Assembly: GCA_963674745.2 (NCBI GenBank)
Contig: CAXXDV010000003.1
Location: 1,248,001 to 1,312,000 of the forward strand
Source: Desulfosudaceae bacterium
GTDB lineage: Bacteria > Desulfobacterota > Desulfobacteria > Desulfobacterales > Desulfosudaceae
Reading direction: 5' to 3'
Length of the DNA stretch: 64,000 bases
The notes below the pieces were generated by a model. It was given only the letters and a program-made list of their open reading frames with translations, ran no database searches and had not been told where the DNA came from. Every line of letters begins with the position of its first letter. Positions within the stretch are counted from its first letter, which is position 1. This document shows positions 10,301 through 19,154 of this stretch, piece by piece. The position numbers and the translations under genes were made by a program.

Positions 10301-11471
10301 CAACAATTTCACAATTCTTTTTCTTTTGCCCTTCAAAGGTTTTTGTTTCAGGCTCGGCCGGCTTGTACTTCCCTTTTCCGCATTCAAAAAGCGTGATTGA
10401 AGCAAGACCGGGACGGACCGGCATCTGCTGAATGCCTTTGGCCTGATCTTTTTCGGCCAGGTGAGCCTCCAGTTCGTAGCGGCCGGGGCTGGTGGGATCG
10501 TCGGTGCCGCTGCCCCAGTAACCGGTATCAAAGGTAAAGGTTTCTCCACCATGCTGGACGGCCACGACTTTCATGCCGGATTTGCCCTCGAATCTTATCA
10601 AACGCCAGGTGGCCTCACGGTATGGTTCCGGGTCGTCAAGGGATTTCAGCATTTGATTCATGCTGGCTTCAAAGCGGACAACGCCCCGCTGGATGAGGCT
10701 TTTGAAAGTATATTTCGGATATGCCGGCACAAAACCCGCGCCATGGTCGTATTTCGGCAGCCCGGTGCAATCCAGGGAAACACCGGTGCCATGGTAGGGG
10801 GGGACGCCCTCAATAAGAATCCGGCCGATGATCTGTTTTCCGGTACGGTCCAGGGCGGGATCTTTGACGGTGACCACGATGGATTTGGGAGAAAGGCTGA
10901 ATACCGTCGGTCCTACGGGCAGAACTGAGAGGCGATAATAGGCTTCCTGGCTGAAACTGATCCGTCCGCCCGTATGCTGGGGATAATCCGCATGTTTTTC
11001 CCAGCGATTGTCTTTGTCATTCCATTTTTCCACATACAGGCGGTAGGCGCCGGTCATGCGGACATCCTTGTCGTCCTGTTCGACATAGCCGCCCATGACG
11101 TACCCGTTGACGTCATGGATCATGGCCTGCTTGACATGGCCGTATCGTGCCCAGGGGCCGAAATCAATCGGTACATTAACCGAGACATCACCGGGGGATT
11201 TCAGGTGAAATGAAAGAATTCCGCTGGCCCTGCCGTCCTTGCTTTTCTGCTTTGTCCGTTCATTATTGATCGGAACCGGAGAACCGAACCCTTTGGATGC
11301 CGCGGTGGTGTCCGGCTGATCGCCGACGGAAGAAACATCCGCTCCGCCGAAAAGGTTGCCGAATACATCCTGTGCCTGAATGATTGTCGGAGAAACCATT
11401 ATGCAGAGGACCAGCTGGGCGAAAAAGTATTTCATCAACAGGTGATTTTTTTTGGGGAAAACAGCGGACAT
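7353..11471 (-). CDS. Large exported protein with coiled-coil regions and a C-proximal protein-kinase-like domain
   Basis: 1372 aa; GAGGAG RBS; signal ending TIIQA|QD; LGKGIAGKV, RVAKVF, DDEVAGL, GVVFGDAHSGNL, YVAVEGG in kinase-fold order. Confidence 0.65.
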   Translation of the reverse strand: MSAVFPKKNHLLMKYFFAQLVLCIMVSPTIIQAQDVFGNLFGGADVSSVGDQPDTTAASKGFGSPVPINNERTKQKSKDGRASGILSFHLKSPGDVSVNVPIDFGPWARYGHVKQAMIHDVNGYVMGGYVEQDDKDVRMTGAYRLYVEKWNDKDNRWEKHADYPQHTGGRISFSQEAYYRLSVLPVGPTVFSLSPKSIVVTVKDPALDRTGKQIIGRILIEGVPPYHGTGVSLDCTGLPKYDHGAGFVPAYPKYTFKSLIQRGVVRFEASMNQMLKSLDDPEPYREATWRLIRFEGKSGMKVVAVQHGGETFTFDTGYWGSGTDDPTSPGRYELEAHLAEKDQAKGIQQMPVRPGLASITLFECGKGKYKPAEPETKTFEGQKKKNCEIVVSAAEADAAAASHPDKTVCIEAASFQQKGMARLNDQNEIVIVQQPAPEEIVQQNAPRDTPDVPVRISEDCGDLLQQIQAREKQIQIPCDAPVGLMNRILEIPQQYFDQQSAYADLWQAALQDIKDFYDSAPIIKLSQDYARLVQTAMVNDLVMSAADQQRYDSYRMGETGIPLSLGHGIAPTAAVFDQKRVALLNQLRADQKRIYNEHADARRRLEAGLPAIKEKLAERNRQLDDGFNALLKIRETLGQGQTALADMFASGKFEHCLGMGPTTSMDYTITFADGRQDRGAAWALPGMSLKLPEPKKEQIPIDNITIPAPLHQILPLRLKIDGIRQVEQDRKTAEALAEAARLAFEVENGSWLNWSGSWCLWLLQPTGLDSVLESIAAGNSVADSLATAGVTLADRYSSVVGGIAGGVYDGVVNQPLHEVMAKMDAIANVLNPGNLVPAIFEALGEDVAKLVHSKTDVLKEIESLMDEQLRLGGSTQDNVKAIEIANRINELWGKMDEAGKAMNNIILTIATSGTALNGAKAAAGTKPLAKLQAYIDDIGRQIVTSQKTAVATANAIQQRALLEADIARLEAARQSGQIAGQQVDDALAAAREALQKTGGAFDEAVAANQQAVKQLSDKLDEAVRNRAAQLDELSKAPPPPTDLDLTPALREQLKNGEVLGKGIAGKVIDVGDDRVAKVFTEKFRFDDEVAGLKTLREADIPHIPAKEAGSNVIIKDKFAANQQTLQDILDSRAGTGRVLTRQEQIEALEFYNNAAKKGVVFGDAHSGNLIKETLPDGSFRYVAVEGGSIAKVSPEEARRLMNALLDKSLITETVDPAYKAMLLANEVGPELAQFAEKFLGTGFTMGDTNIAKHIDPDLLKTFLTDPNKWDNIVNGTRKAQAMATDAVKKLQSTVDETAAAVNAASSQLGNSAADLQQQINNLSSATPAQIQSGSVMSGAGQTPVIPAIPVIGPQSSLSPFNPLTEQSTRMAA

Positions 11472-11808
11472 TTCCTGACTCCTCGGTTATGTTCAAAAAC
11501 GGTACAATACCCCTTCCGGCGACGACGGATACAGGAAAGTCAGTCTTACGCCGACAGCTTTGATATGACCGGGATATCGTCTCCCCCGGTTTTTGCTACA
11601 AGCATTTTATAAAAATCAGGGATTGAAGAAATAAAGAGTATAGATGTACTCCAGTATGTCAATATTTTTTTTAATATCAGGCGTTTTTCGGTCTGTGACA
11701 TGGACCGGCTCCGTAATTTGTTTTATCATTATAAGGTTTTACGTTAGTATTGTGTATTAAAGAAAATATGAATATCAGGTTAACACGAAAACATTAAGGC
11801 AGTTGATG

Positions 11809-12012
11809 ATGGAGTGTCGGCAGGAGAATAATCTGGAGCATTGCAACTGTACCTACGAACCCTGTTCTCGCAAGGGCATCTGTTGCGAGTGTATCCGCTT
11901 TCATCTTAAAATGAGAGAATTGCCGGCCTGCTGTTTTCCGGATGACGCGGAAAGAACGTTTGACCGGTCGTTTGAATATTTCGCCAGGCTGGTGGCCCAG
12001 GGAAAAGCGTAG
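11809..12012 (+). CDS. Small Cys-rich conserved protein (DUF6485-like)
   Basis: [32 protein letters not shown]...DRSFEYF pattern. Confidence 0.75.
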   Translation: MECRQENNLEHCNCTYEPCSRKGICCECIRFHLKMRELPACCFPDDAERTFDRSFEYFARLVAQGKA

Positions 12013-12181
12013 CTTCGCATAGCCGCGATCGTGTATGTGTGGCTCCGGAATCGCGGTGATGAAATTTTTGTTTTGACGATTGATTTCCATCCTTGACATC
12101 ACCGGGCGCGATGATTAATTATCTCCAGAAAATAAAAAGGCCCGCTGGGGGGCACCACATCCTCGGGCCATATCTGTCATT

Positions 12182-12660
12182 TCAATCAATACTGAGCGTG
12201 TTCGCCGCTACCGGGAAGGAATGCCGGCTGTCGGTGGTCAGCTTGAAGCGCGTGGGCGTTTTTGCCTTCAAACCCATTTGGCGCATTATCCGTCGCACTT
12301 TGTAGCGGCCGATTTGATGCCCTTCATCATTTAGCTGCTTCACCATTCTGCGGAGACCGTAACTGGCCCTGGACATATCAAATATTTCCTTGATTCGGTT
12401 TCTTAATGCGGTTTCTTCAGGCCGATTTCATCGGTACTGTATTGGTCAAGATACTCGTAAAAACCGCTCCGGCTGACCCGCATGACCGCACACAGGACGG
12501 TTACGGGATAGGTCTCCATTTGCTGCCGAATAAAATCAATTCTTACTTTGATTCGTTCGCAAAGAAGGCCGTCGCTTTTTTTAAGATTTCATGCGCCATT
12601 AAAAGGCGTTGGTTTTCTTTTCTCAGTCTTTTATTCTCTGCCTCAAGATCCCGGTCGGTT
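12182..12660 (-). mobile_element. IS3-family transposase remnant (OrfA end and OrfB start; disrupted)
   Basis: Minus strand reads LEAENKRLRKENQRLLMAHEILKKATAFFANESK* with an A7G slippery site (T7 at 12576-12582), then YPVTVLCAVMRVSRSGFY and ASYGLRRM...YKVRRIMRQMGL...TTDSRH; no DDE domain. Confidence 0.85.
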
Positions 12661-12850
12661 CCGGATGGATTTTCATTCGATCCAGGAGATATTGAGCATT
12701 TTAATATAATGGGAAGGAATCCGATCCGGGAGAAACATTTTTATGTAGAGATTTCGAGAAGAACAAATCTCAACCAACCTCAGTCTTAATGCTTTTATAA
12801 TTAATATAATTTTCGGAATTCACTCTATCCCGGAGGGATTAGGTCGTATA

Positions 12851-12871
12851 GCCGGTGGTTTCAACCACCGT
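12851..12871. repeat. Short REP-like palindrome
   Basis: gccggtggtttcaaccaccgt hairpin in intergenic DNA. Confidence 0.45.
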
Positions 12872-13028
12872 TAAGATAAACCCTGCAAAATGAGACCTGA
12901 AGGGGCGGCGTTTACCATGAAAAGCAGGTGTCTACGTTCTTGATAAGAAGCCTGTCTTTATGATAATGTCACAAAACAACTGAAGCAACATCCTCTAATT
13001 TACTTGATTTGCGATAAAAGGAAAAACA

Positions 13029-14882
13029 ATGCCTTTTAATGCTAAAACATTTGTTCGGGATTACGCCGGTTTTGTCAATTTCCGGAGCATGATCAATATG
13101 CTGATCGGTTTGCCCACCCGGGCCAAACGGCCTTTTATCATTTTTGAAGATACAACCTATACTTACGGTCAGGTTTTTGAGCAGTCCCGCCGGTATGCCG
13201 CTTTTTTTGAAAAACGGCGGCAGCAACTGGTTGAAAAGGGCGTGCTGGCGCCTGATCAACGGCTGAAGATCGCCATTTATCAGGACAATTCACCGGAATA
13301 CCTTTTTGCCTCTTTTGGCGCCGGTTTGAGCAATGCCATTCTTTTTGCCGTTAATACCGGTTTCCGCGGGCACATCCTGGCCAGCGTCATTAACCAGGCC
13401 GATGTCCGTCTGCTTTTGACCAATGACGAGTCGCTGGATTATGTGAGCAAGGTGCTGGCGGATATCCCCAACATCAGCAAGGAAGACCTGTTGCTTCTGG
13501 GGCCGCCGGCCGATAATGCCCTTGATTACAACTATCTGATGAATGTCATGGAACAGTCGGCACAACAGACCGTGAAACCAAATCGGAAATCCCTGCCGCC
13601 CATAGACAATACCAGCCCGGTGCTGGTTATTTACACTTCCGGCACCACCGGCCTGCCCAAAGGCGTTCCCTGCACCCATTTGAAAATGGTCGGTGCCGGG
13701 GCCATGGTCCAGGCAACCGTTCGTCTGGGAAAACATGACCGGGGGTATATCAGCATGCCCCTGTTTCACTCCAATGCCTGGTATGTGGGCGTACTGCCGC
13801 TGATGTTCAGCGGTGCAAGCCTGGTGCTCAAAAAGCGGTTCAGCGCCAGTGCCTTTGAGGCAGACATCCTGACCCATGGTGTGACCTACATGAATTACGT
13901 GGGCCAGCCCCTGCATTACATCATTACCGCCCTGGAAAAGAAATACGGCAGCGGTGAAGCGGTGACAACAGCCCTGGCAGAAAACCCTGATAACCGTTTC
14001 AGGATCGCCTATGGCAACGGCGCGCCGGTTATTGATAGGCGCAAAATAAAACAGTACCTGGGTATGGATCATGTATTCGAAATCTATGGTTCCACCGAGG
14101 CGGTCATTACCACGGCCAACAAACCCGGCGATCCCGAAGACAGCGTCGGCCGGGTACCCAAATCGGTGGTTATCCTCGATGAAGAAGGGCGACCCTGCGA
14201 ACCCGGGCAGGTGGATGAATGCGGCCGCCTGCTCAACTACGACCGGGCGGTCGGTGAGATCTGCAAGAAGGTGGATCGAAACAATCTGAGATTTGACGGT
14301 TATTTTGACAACGAAAAAGATACCGGCAAGAAATTCCGTGACGGGTACTACCACTCCGGTGATCTGGGGCACGTCCGTCTGGTGAACGGTAAGCGTTATC
14401 TTTTCTTTAACGGTCGCACAGACGACTGGATCCGCAAGGACGGGGAAAATTTCTCAGCGGAAAACGTAGTGGCGTTCGCGCAGAAAATACCCGGTGTACG
14501 CCTGGCCGTTGCTTACGGCGTCCCCTGTGAGGTTTCAGACGAGAAAGTGATGATCGCCGTGCAACTGTCGGACGGCGCTGATTTTGATCCCAACCAGACC
14601 TTTGACTGGTTGACGTGCCAGCAGAATGACTGCGGCATGGATCCCAAATGGATGCCCGACTACATCCGGGTGGTGGAGGCCTTTACCCTGACCAACACCC
14701 AGAAGATCCTGGTCAGGCCGTTCAAAAAGCAGCATTTTAATATCGACCGACATCCGGATATGACCGTGTATTTCCGGCAGCGGGGCGATACCTGCTTTCA
14801 TTTACTGACACCCGACGCCTTTGCCGATATTAAACAAAGCTTTGAAGAAACCGGTCGCCAGGAGCTGCTCGAACGGGCCTGA
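13029..14882 (+). CDS. AMP-binding acyl-CoA synthetase (FadD17/FATP-like)
   Basis: YTSGTTGLPKG, PLFHSNA, YMNYVGQPL, YGSTE, YHSGDLG, GRTDDWIRKDGENFS. Confidence 0.85.
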   Translation: MPFNAKTFVRDYAGFVNFRSMINMLIGLPTRAKRPFIIFEDTTYTYGQVFEQSRRYAAFFEKRRQQLVEKGVLAPDQRLKIAIYQDNSPEYLFASFGAGLSNAILFAVNTGFRGHILASVINQADVRLLLTNDESLDYVSKVLADIPNISKEDLLLLGPPADNALDYNYLMNVMEQSAQQTVKPNRKSLPPIDNTSPVLVIYTSGTTGLPKGVPCTHLKMVGAGAMVQATVRLGKHDRGYISMPLFHSNAWYVGVLPLMFSGASLVLKKRFSASAFEADILTHGVTYMNYVGQPLHYIITALEKKYGSGEAVTTALAENPDNRFRIAYGNGAPVIDRRKIKQYLGMDHVFEIYGSTEAVITTANKPGDPEDSVGRVPKSVVILDEEGRPCEPGQVDECGRLLNYDRAVGEICKKVDRNNLRFDGYFDNEKDTGKKFRDGYYHSGDLGHVRLVNGKRYLFFNGRTDDWIRKDGENFSAENVVAFAQKIPGVRLAVAYGVPCEVSDEKVMIAVQLSDGADFDPNQTFDWLTCQQNDCGMDPKWMPDYIRVVEAFTLTNTQKILVRPFKKQHFNIDRHPDMTVYFRQRGDTCFHLLTPDAFADIKQSFEETGRQELLERA

Positions 14883-14901
14883 AATTTATGGAGGTTTAAA
14901 A

Positions 14902-16149
14902 TTGGAACCTGTCGTTATCACGAGTGCTGTTCGGACACCTGTCGGCCGCTATCTGGGGGGGCTGAAAACCATCGAAGCATACGAATTGGGGGCGCTGGTT
15001 ATAGATGAAGCCGTCAAACGCATCAACATCGACCCGGCCCGGGTGGATGAAGTGGTTCTGGGGCAGGCCTACCAGAGTGGTGAATATGTCAATATCGCCC
15101 GCATGTCTCTGCTGACGGCCGGGTGGCCGGATACGATCCCCGGCATTACCCTGGATCGGCGCTGCTGTACCGGGCTTGATGTCATCCGCTACGCCGCCAT
15201 GCTGATTCAGACCGGCCAGGCCGAAATCGTTGTGGCCGGAGGCGTGGAAAGCATGAGCAACGGTGAGTTTTATATTCCCGGAAAGGTCAAGTGGGGCATC
15301 GGAGGAGAAAAGGGCATGCCCCGGGGGCACGGCGATCTTTCCCTGTGGGGCATCGTGCTTTATGACCGGCTTCAGCGCGGCCGGGTCATGTCCCAACCCG
15401 AAGTGCGCTATGGTGTTCTGCCGTCCATGATGTCCTGGGCCGAGACGGCCGCCGAAGAAGAGGGGATCAGCCGCGAGGAATGCGACCAGTGGGCCCTGGA
15501 AAGCCATCAAAAAGCCTGCGCGGCCATGGCCGACGGAAAATTCGATGATGAAATCGTTCCGGTCAGCGTGCCACAGGCCAAGGGCGATCCAATTATTGTG
15601 GATAAGGACGAGAACCCCCGGACCGATACCACCCTGGAAAAACTGGCCCGGTTGAAACCTGTGCTGGGCGGGGTGTGTACGGCCGGCAATTCCTCTTCTG
15701 AAAACGACGGTGCCGCGGCCGTGGTGCTCATGTCGGCTAAAAAGGCGGCTGAACTCGGCCTGGCGCCTTATGCCGTCGTCAAATCCGTTGCCGTGGCCGG
15801 GTGTGATCCCCGCAAAACATACAAAACCGTTCCGGCCGCCGTTACCAAAGCCCTGGATATGGCCGGGACGACCATTGCCGATATGGACCTGATTGAAATC
15901 CAGGAGGCGTTTGCCGCCCAGGTCCTGGCCGATCTCAAGGACATGGACGTTGGACCGGATGATTACCACAAGGTCAACGTTAATGGATCCGGCATTTCCC
16001 TGGGCCATCCCATTGCCGCCACCGGCGTCCGGGTACTGGTAAGCCTGGTTCATGAGATGAAACGGCGCAATGTCCGTCATGCCGTCGAATGCATTTGCGG
16101 CGGCGGCGGACTGGGTATTGCCGCCGTGTTGGAACGACGAGAATCATAA
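14902..16149 (+). CDS. Thiolase (acetyl-CoA C-acyltransferase)
   Basis: GGAGG then TTG start; RTPVG, DRRCCTGL, AGGVESMS, IQEAFAAQ, NGSGISLGHPIAATG, CGGGGLG. Confidence 0.9.
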   Translation: MEPVVITSAVRTPVGRYLGGLKTIEAYELGALVIDEAVKRINIDPARVDEVVLGQAYQSGEYVNIARMSLLTAGWPDTIPGITLDRRCCTGLDVIRYAAMLIQTGQAEIVVAGGVESMSNGEFYIPGKVKWGIGGEKGMPRGHGDLSLWGIVLYDRLQRGRVMSQPEVRYGVLPSMMSWAETAAEEEGISREECDQWALESHQKACAAMADGKFDDEIVPVSVPQAKGDPIIVDKDENPRTDTTLEKLARLKPVLGGVCTAGNSSSENDGAAAVVLMSAKKAAELGLAPYAVVKSVAVAGCDPRKTYKTVPAAVTKALDMAGTTIADMDLIEIQEAFAAQVLADLKDMDVGPDDYHKVNVNGSGISLGHPIAATGVRVLVSLVHEMKRRNVRHAVECICGGGGLGIAAVLERRES

Positions 16150-16158
16150 GGAGGTTTC

Positions 16159-17226
16159 ATGTCCAAAGTCCTGATCCATCCGGCCACCTATGACAATGTG
16201 CGCCCGGCCGTAGACCGGGCCTTTTCCCTCTTTCCCATGAATTTTTCCGGCAAAAAAGTCCTGATCAAACCCAATGTTCTCAGGGCCTCGGAAGCAGGGG
16301 AGGGGATCGTCACCCATCCGGCCGTGCTGGCGGCGGTGGTGGACAAGGTCGAATCCATGAAACCGGCCGCCATCATCGTTGGGGACAACCCCGGTGTGCA
16401 CAGTTATGGTGCCAACGAGGAAAGCTTCCGCAAAACCGGGCTAATGGAAGCGGCCCGGGAATATTATGTCAATATCGGAGACGACTCAGTTAAAATGGAC
16501 TTTAACCCGGATTTTATGCCGGCGGTCAGCATATCCCGGGCGGCGGTTGAAGCCGATATTATCATCAGTGTGCCCAAATTCAAGACCCATGGCCTGACCG
16601 TTTTAACCGGCGCCGTTAAAAACAGCTACGGCCTGCTGCCCGGCGCTCAGAAAGCCAAGCTTCACCGTCTGGCCGGCAGCCCGGCCCGTTTTCATGAACT
16701 TGTCGTTGATGTGTTCAGGCTGCGGGTGCCCGACCTGTTTATCATGGACGCCGTGGTGGGAATGGAGGGCAACGGCCCGGCCTCACCGGACCTGTTTGAT
16801 ATCGGCCTGATCCTGGCCGCCGACAATGCCGTGGCCATGGATGCCGTGGCGGCCTTTATGATGGGCTGTGAGCCCGGCCGCCTGCGGTTCCTGCAGAAAG
16901 CAAAGGCGGCGGGACTGGGCGATTATGATCTTGATACAATCGAGATCATCGGCGAACTGAACAAACTGGACAATTTCAAACTGCCGCCCTTAAGCGGGGA
17001 CGCCATCATATCCAACAAAGACATTCAAAACCGGCTTGAAAGCCGGACCCTTCTGCGGCCCCAGGCCGATCCGGACCTGTGCACGGCCTGCGGAACCTGC
17101 ATCGAGCAGTGCCCGGTCTCGGCCCTGTCCATGCCCGACGATTTGCCGGTCGTGGACGCGGACACCTGCATCACCTGCTTCTGCTGCCAGGAAGTCTGCC
17201 CGGAAAAGGCCATGGAACTGAAATAA
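16159..17226 (+). CDS. DUF362-domain protein with a C-terminal 2x[4Fe-4S] ferredoxin domain
   Basis: AGGAGG RBS; VLIKPN, THPAV, PKFKTH, GAVKNSYG, GMEGNGP; CTACGTCIEQCP and CITCFCCQEVCP. Confidence 0.9.
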   Translation: MSKVLIHPATYDNVRPAVDRAFSLFPMNFSGKKVLIKPNVLRASEAGEGIVTHPAVLAAVVDKVESMKPAAIIVGDNPGVHSYGANEESFRKTGLMEAAREYYVNIGDDSVKMDFNPDFMPAVSISRAAVEADIIISVPKFKTHGLTVLTGAVKNSYGLLPGAQKAKLHRLAGSPARFHELVVDVFRLRVPDLFIMDAVVGMEGNGPASPDLFDIGLILAADNAVAMDAVAAFMMGCEPGRLRFLQKAKAAGLGDYDLDTIEIIGELNKLDNFKLPPLSGDAIISNKDIQNRLESRTLLRPQADPDLCTACGTCIEQCPVSALSMPDDLPVVDADTCITCFCCQEVCPEKAMELK

Positions 17227-17245
17227 GTGCCGATCCTTTTGTTTT

Positions 17246-18445
17246 TTAAAAGCAGAACATACCGTTTTCGTAAATGACTCTTTTTTTACCATCTTTCAAA
17301 ACAGCGGTGACGCATTTTTTTTCCGTGTTGATGATATCCCAGTGGATGGCGGACTGGTTGAATCCCAGCCTTTTCTTGCGGGCGGCGGTCAGTTCGGCCG
17401 GGTTGCCGCTGAAGGTGTCCGAGTAGGAAGCGCCCAGGGCGATATGACAGTTGCCCTGACGGCCGCCGAAGTTTTCATCAAACAGGGTATTGGCCATAAA
17501 CCGGTCGATTTTTGAAAAGCGCTTATCGGTCAATGAAAACTCTCCCAGTTGGGCAGCCCCGGGGTCCGTGGCCAGCAGCTTGCGGGTGAATTGCTGGCCT
17601 CCGGCGGCCGTAATTTTTACGGCCCGGCCGGCTTTGAATTCAATTTTCAGGTTTTTGACCATGTTGCCGTCCCGGAATGAAGGCATATCCGCGAAATAGA
17701 CGCCCTTGGTACCACGCCAGTCCGGCGAAAGAAATATTTCAAAGCTCGGGATATTGTGTCCCGAAATACCGACCCATTGCCTTTCTTCGCCGGGCGTAAT
17801 TTCAACATCCGTATGTTTTGATTCGATTCTGAGGGTTTTGATTTTCAGGCTGTTCAACCATTTTTTAATGTCCCGGGCTTTGATGAAAATGCTTTTCCAG
17901 TGGTCCACCGGTGATGTCTTGTCCAGAAAGCAGGCACTGACGATCTGCCGGGCATATTCTTTCTGGGACATGCGGGCGTGTCGGGCCAGGGCAGCCGTGG
18001 GAAACATACCCAGGGTCCAGGAGAATTCACCGCTGTCTTCACGGCGTTCGAGGATGTCCCGAAACGGCTTTCGGGACATGGCCACCCGGCCGATTCTGGC
18101 AGGATCGACACCGCTTAAGTGCGTCAGTGATTCGGGCGCGATGACGGCAATCGAGCCGTTTAAATTCTTGATCAGTTCTTTTTCTCCCGGCGCTTGAAAA
18201 ACCAGCTGGTCGCTGTTGGACAGTTCGTAAAACCCTTTTTCCGCGTTCGGGGTATAACCGGCCCGGAGAATCGGGTGATGACCGGCTGCCAACAGTTTTT
18301 CAAAAAGAACCTCCGCCAGCCGGACGGCTTTTAAGTTATAACGGACAAGCACGATGTCGTTTTTATTGAATTTCTTTTTTCGGGCGGTTGTCAGACCCCA
18401 TAAAAGCACGTCTGCATACCGGTCCAGTTGTTTTTCCGTCAGCAT
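17246..18445 (-). CDS. Aminopeptidase, M29 family
   Basis: LDRYADVL, NIPSFEIF, LGEFSL, TLFDEN, HIALG, SAIHWD. Confidence 0.9.
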   Translation of the reverse strand: MLTEKQLDRYADVLLWGLTTARKKKFNKNDIVLVRYNLKAVRLAEVLFEKLLAAGHHPILRAGYTPNAEKGFYELSNSDQLVFQAPGEKELIKNLNGSIAVIAPESLTHLSGVDPARIGRVAMSRKPFRDILERREDSGEFSWTLGMFPTAALARHARMSQKEYARQIVSACFLDKTSPVDHWKSIFIKARDIKKWLNSLKIKTLRIESKHTDVEITPGEERQWVGISGHNIPSFEIFLSPDWRGTKGVYFADMPSFRDGNMVKNLKIEFKAGRAVKITAAGGQQFTRKLLATDPGAAQLGEFSLTDKRFSKIDRFMANTLFDENFGGRQGNCHIALGASYSDTFSGNPAELTAARKKRLGFNQSAIHWDIINTEKKCVTAVLKDGKKRVIYENGMFCF

Positions 18446-18607
18446 ATTTTCGGCCTCCTTTGCAAGGTTGCGGAACTGTTTTATTTGACAAGAGGGCTAT
18501 AACGTCATAATTTATAATATTAATATGTTTAACAAAAAATATCTTACCAGAATTTGTGATCTTGTCCAGTATATCGATGCTGTGTTTGAACCGATAAGGA
18601 GAATAAA

Positions 18608-19144
18608 ATGAGAAAAACAAGGGTTTTTTTTGTTCTGCCGCTTGCGCTGCTTTTAATACCGGTTGCGGGATGCGGCCCGTCCGGCTCTGAAAATGAAATA
18701 GAAAACCTGAATTATCGGATTAAACGCCTTGAAACCCGTGTGGCTGCTCTTGAACTCAACAACGATACCTTGAACGAGCTTGATACAAAGGTTAAACGGA
18801 TATCGGAAGAAAATGAACGGCGGCATACGGCCTTGATCCTGCAGGTCAGCAAACTGGAAAGAATGGTCCAATCCCCTCCGCCGGTGGTCAGCACCACGCC
18901 CACGGTGAAAAAGACGCAACCGCTTTCCCGTCCGGCAACCCCGGTAAAGGAAAACAAACCGGAAACACCCAAAGCACCGGCTGTTAAACAGCCCCCGAAC
19001 ACCGTGCTGTATCATACGGTTGGGAAAGGGGATACGCTATACAGCATCAGCCGGCAATATGGTTTGAAACCAAGTGAATTGAAAAGATTAAACGGACTTG
19101 ACTCCAATATTATTTCAATGGGGCAGCAGCTTCGCGTCAGGTAA
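18608..19144 (+). CDS. LysM-domain lipoprotein
   Basis: Lipobox VAGC, coiled coil, Pro-rich linker, HTVGKGDTLYSISRQYG...LNGL...GQQLRV. Confidence 0.9.
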   Translation: MRKTRVFFVLPLALLLIPVAGCGPSGSENEIENLNYRIKRLETRVAALELNNDTLNELDTKVKRISEENERRHTALILQVSKLERMVQSPPPVVSTTPTVKKTQPLSRPATPVKENKPETPKAPAVKQPPNTVLYHTVGKGDTLYSISRQYGLKPSELKRLNGLDSNIISMGQQLRVR

Positions 19145-19154
19145 CAGGCGCCGC

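Noticed and set aside
13290..16080. 360-aa and 394-aa minus-strand ORFs
   Set aside because: Antisense shadows of the ligase and thiolase
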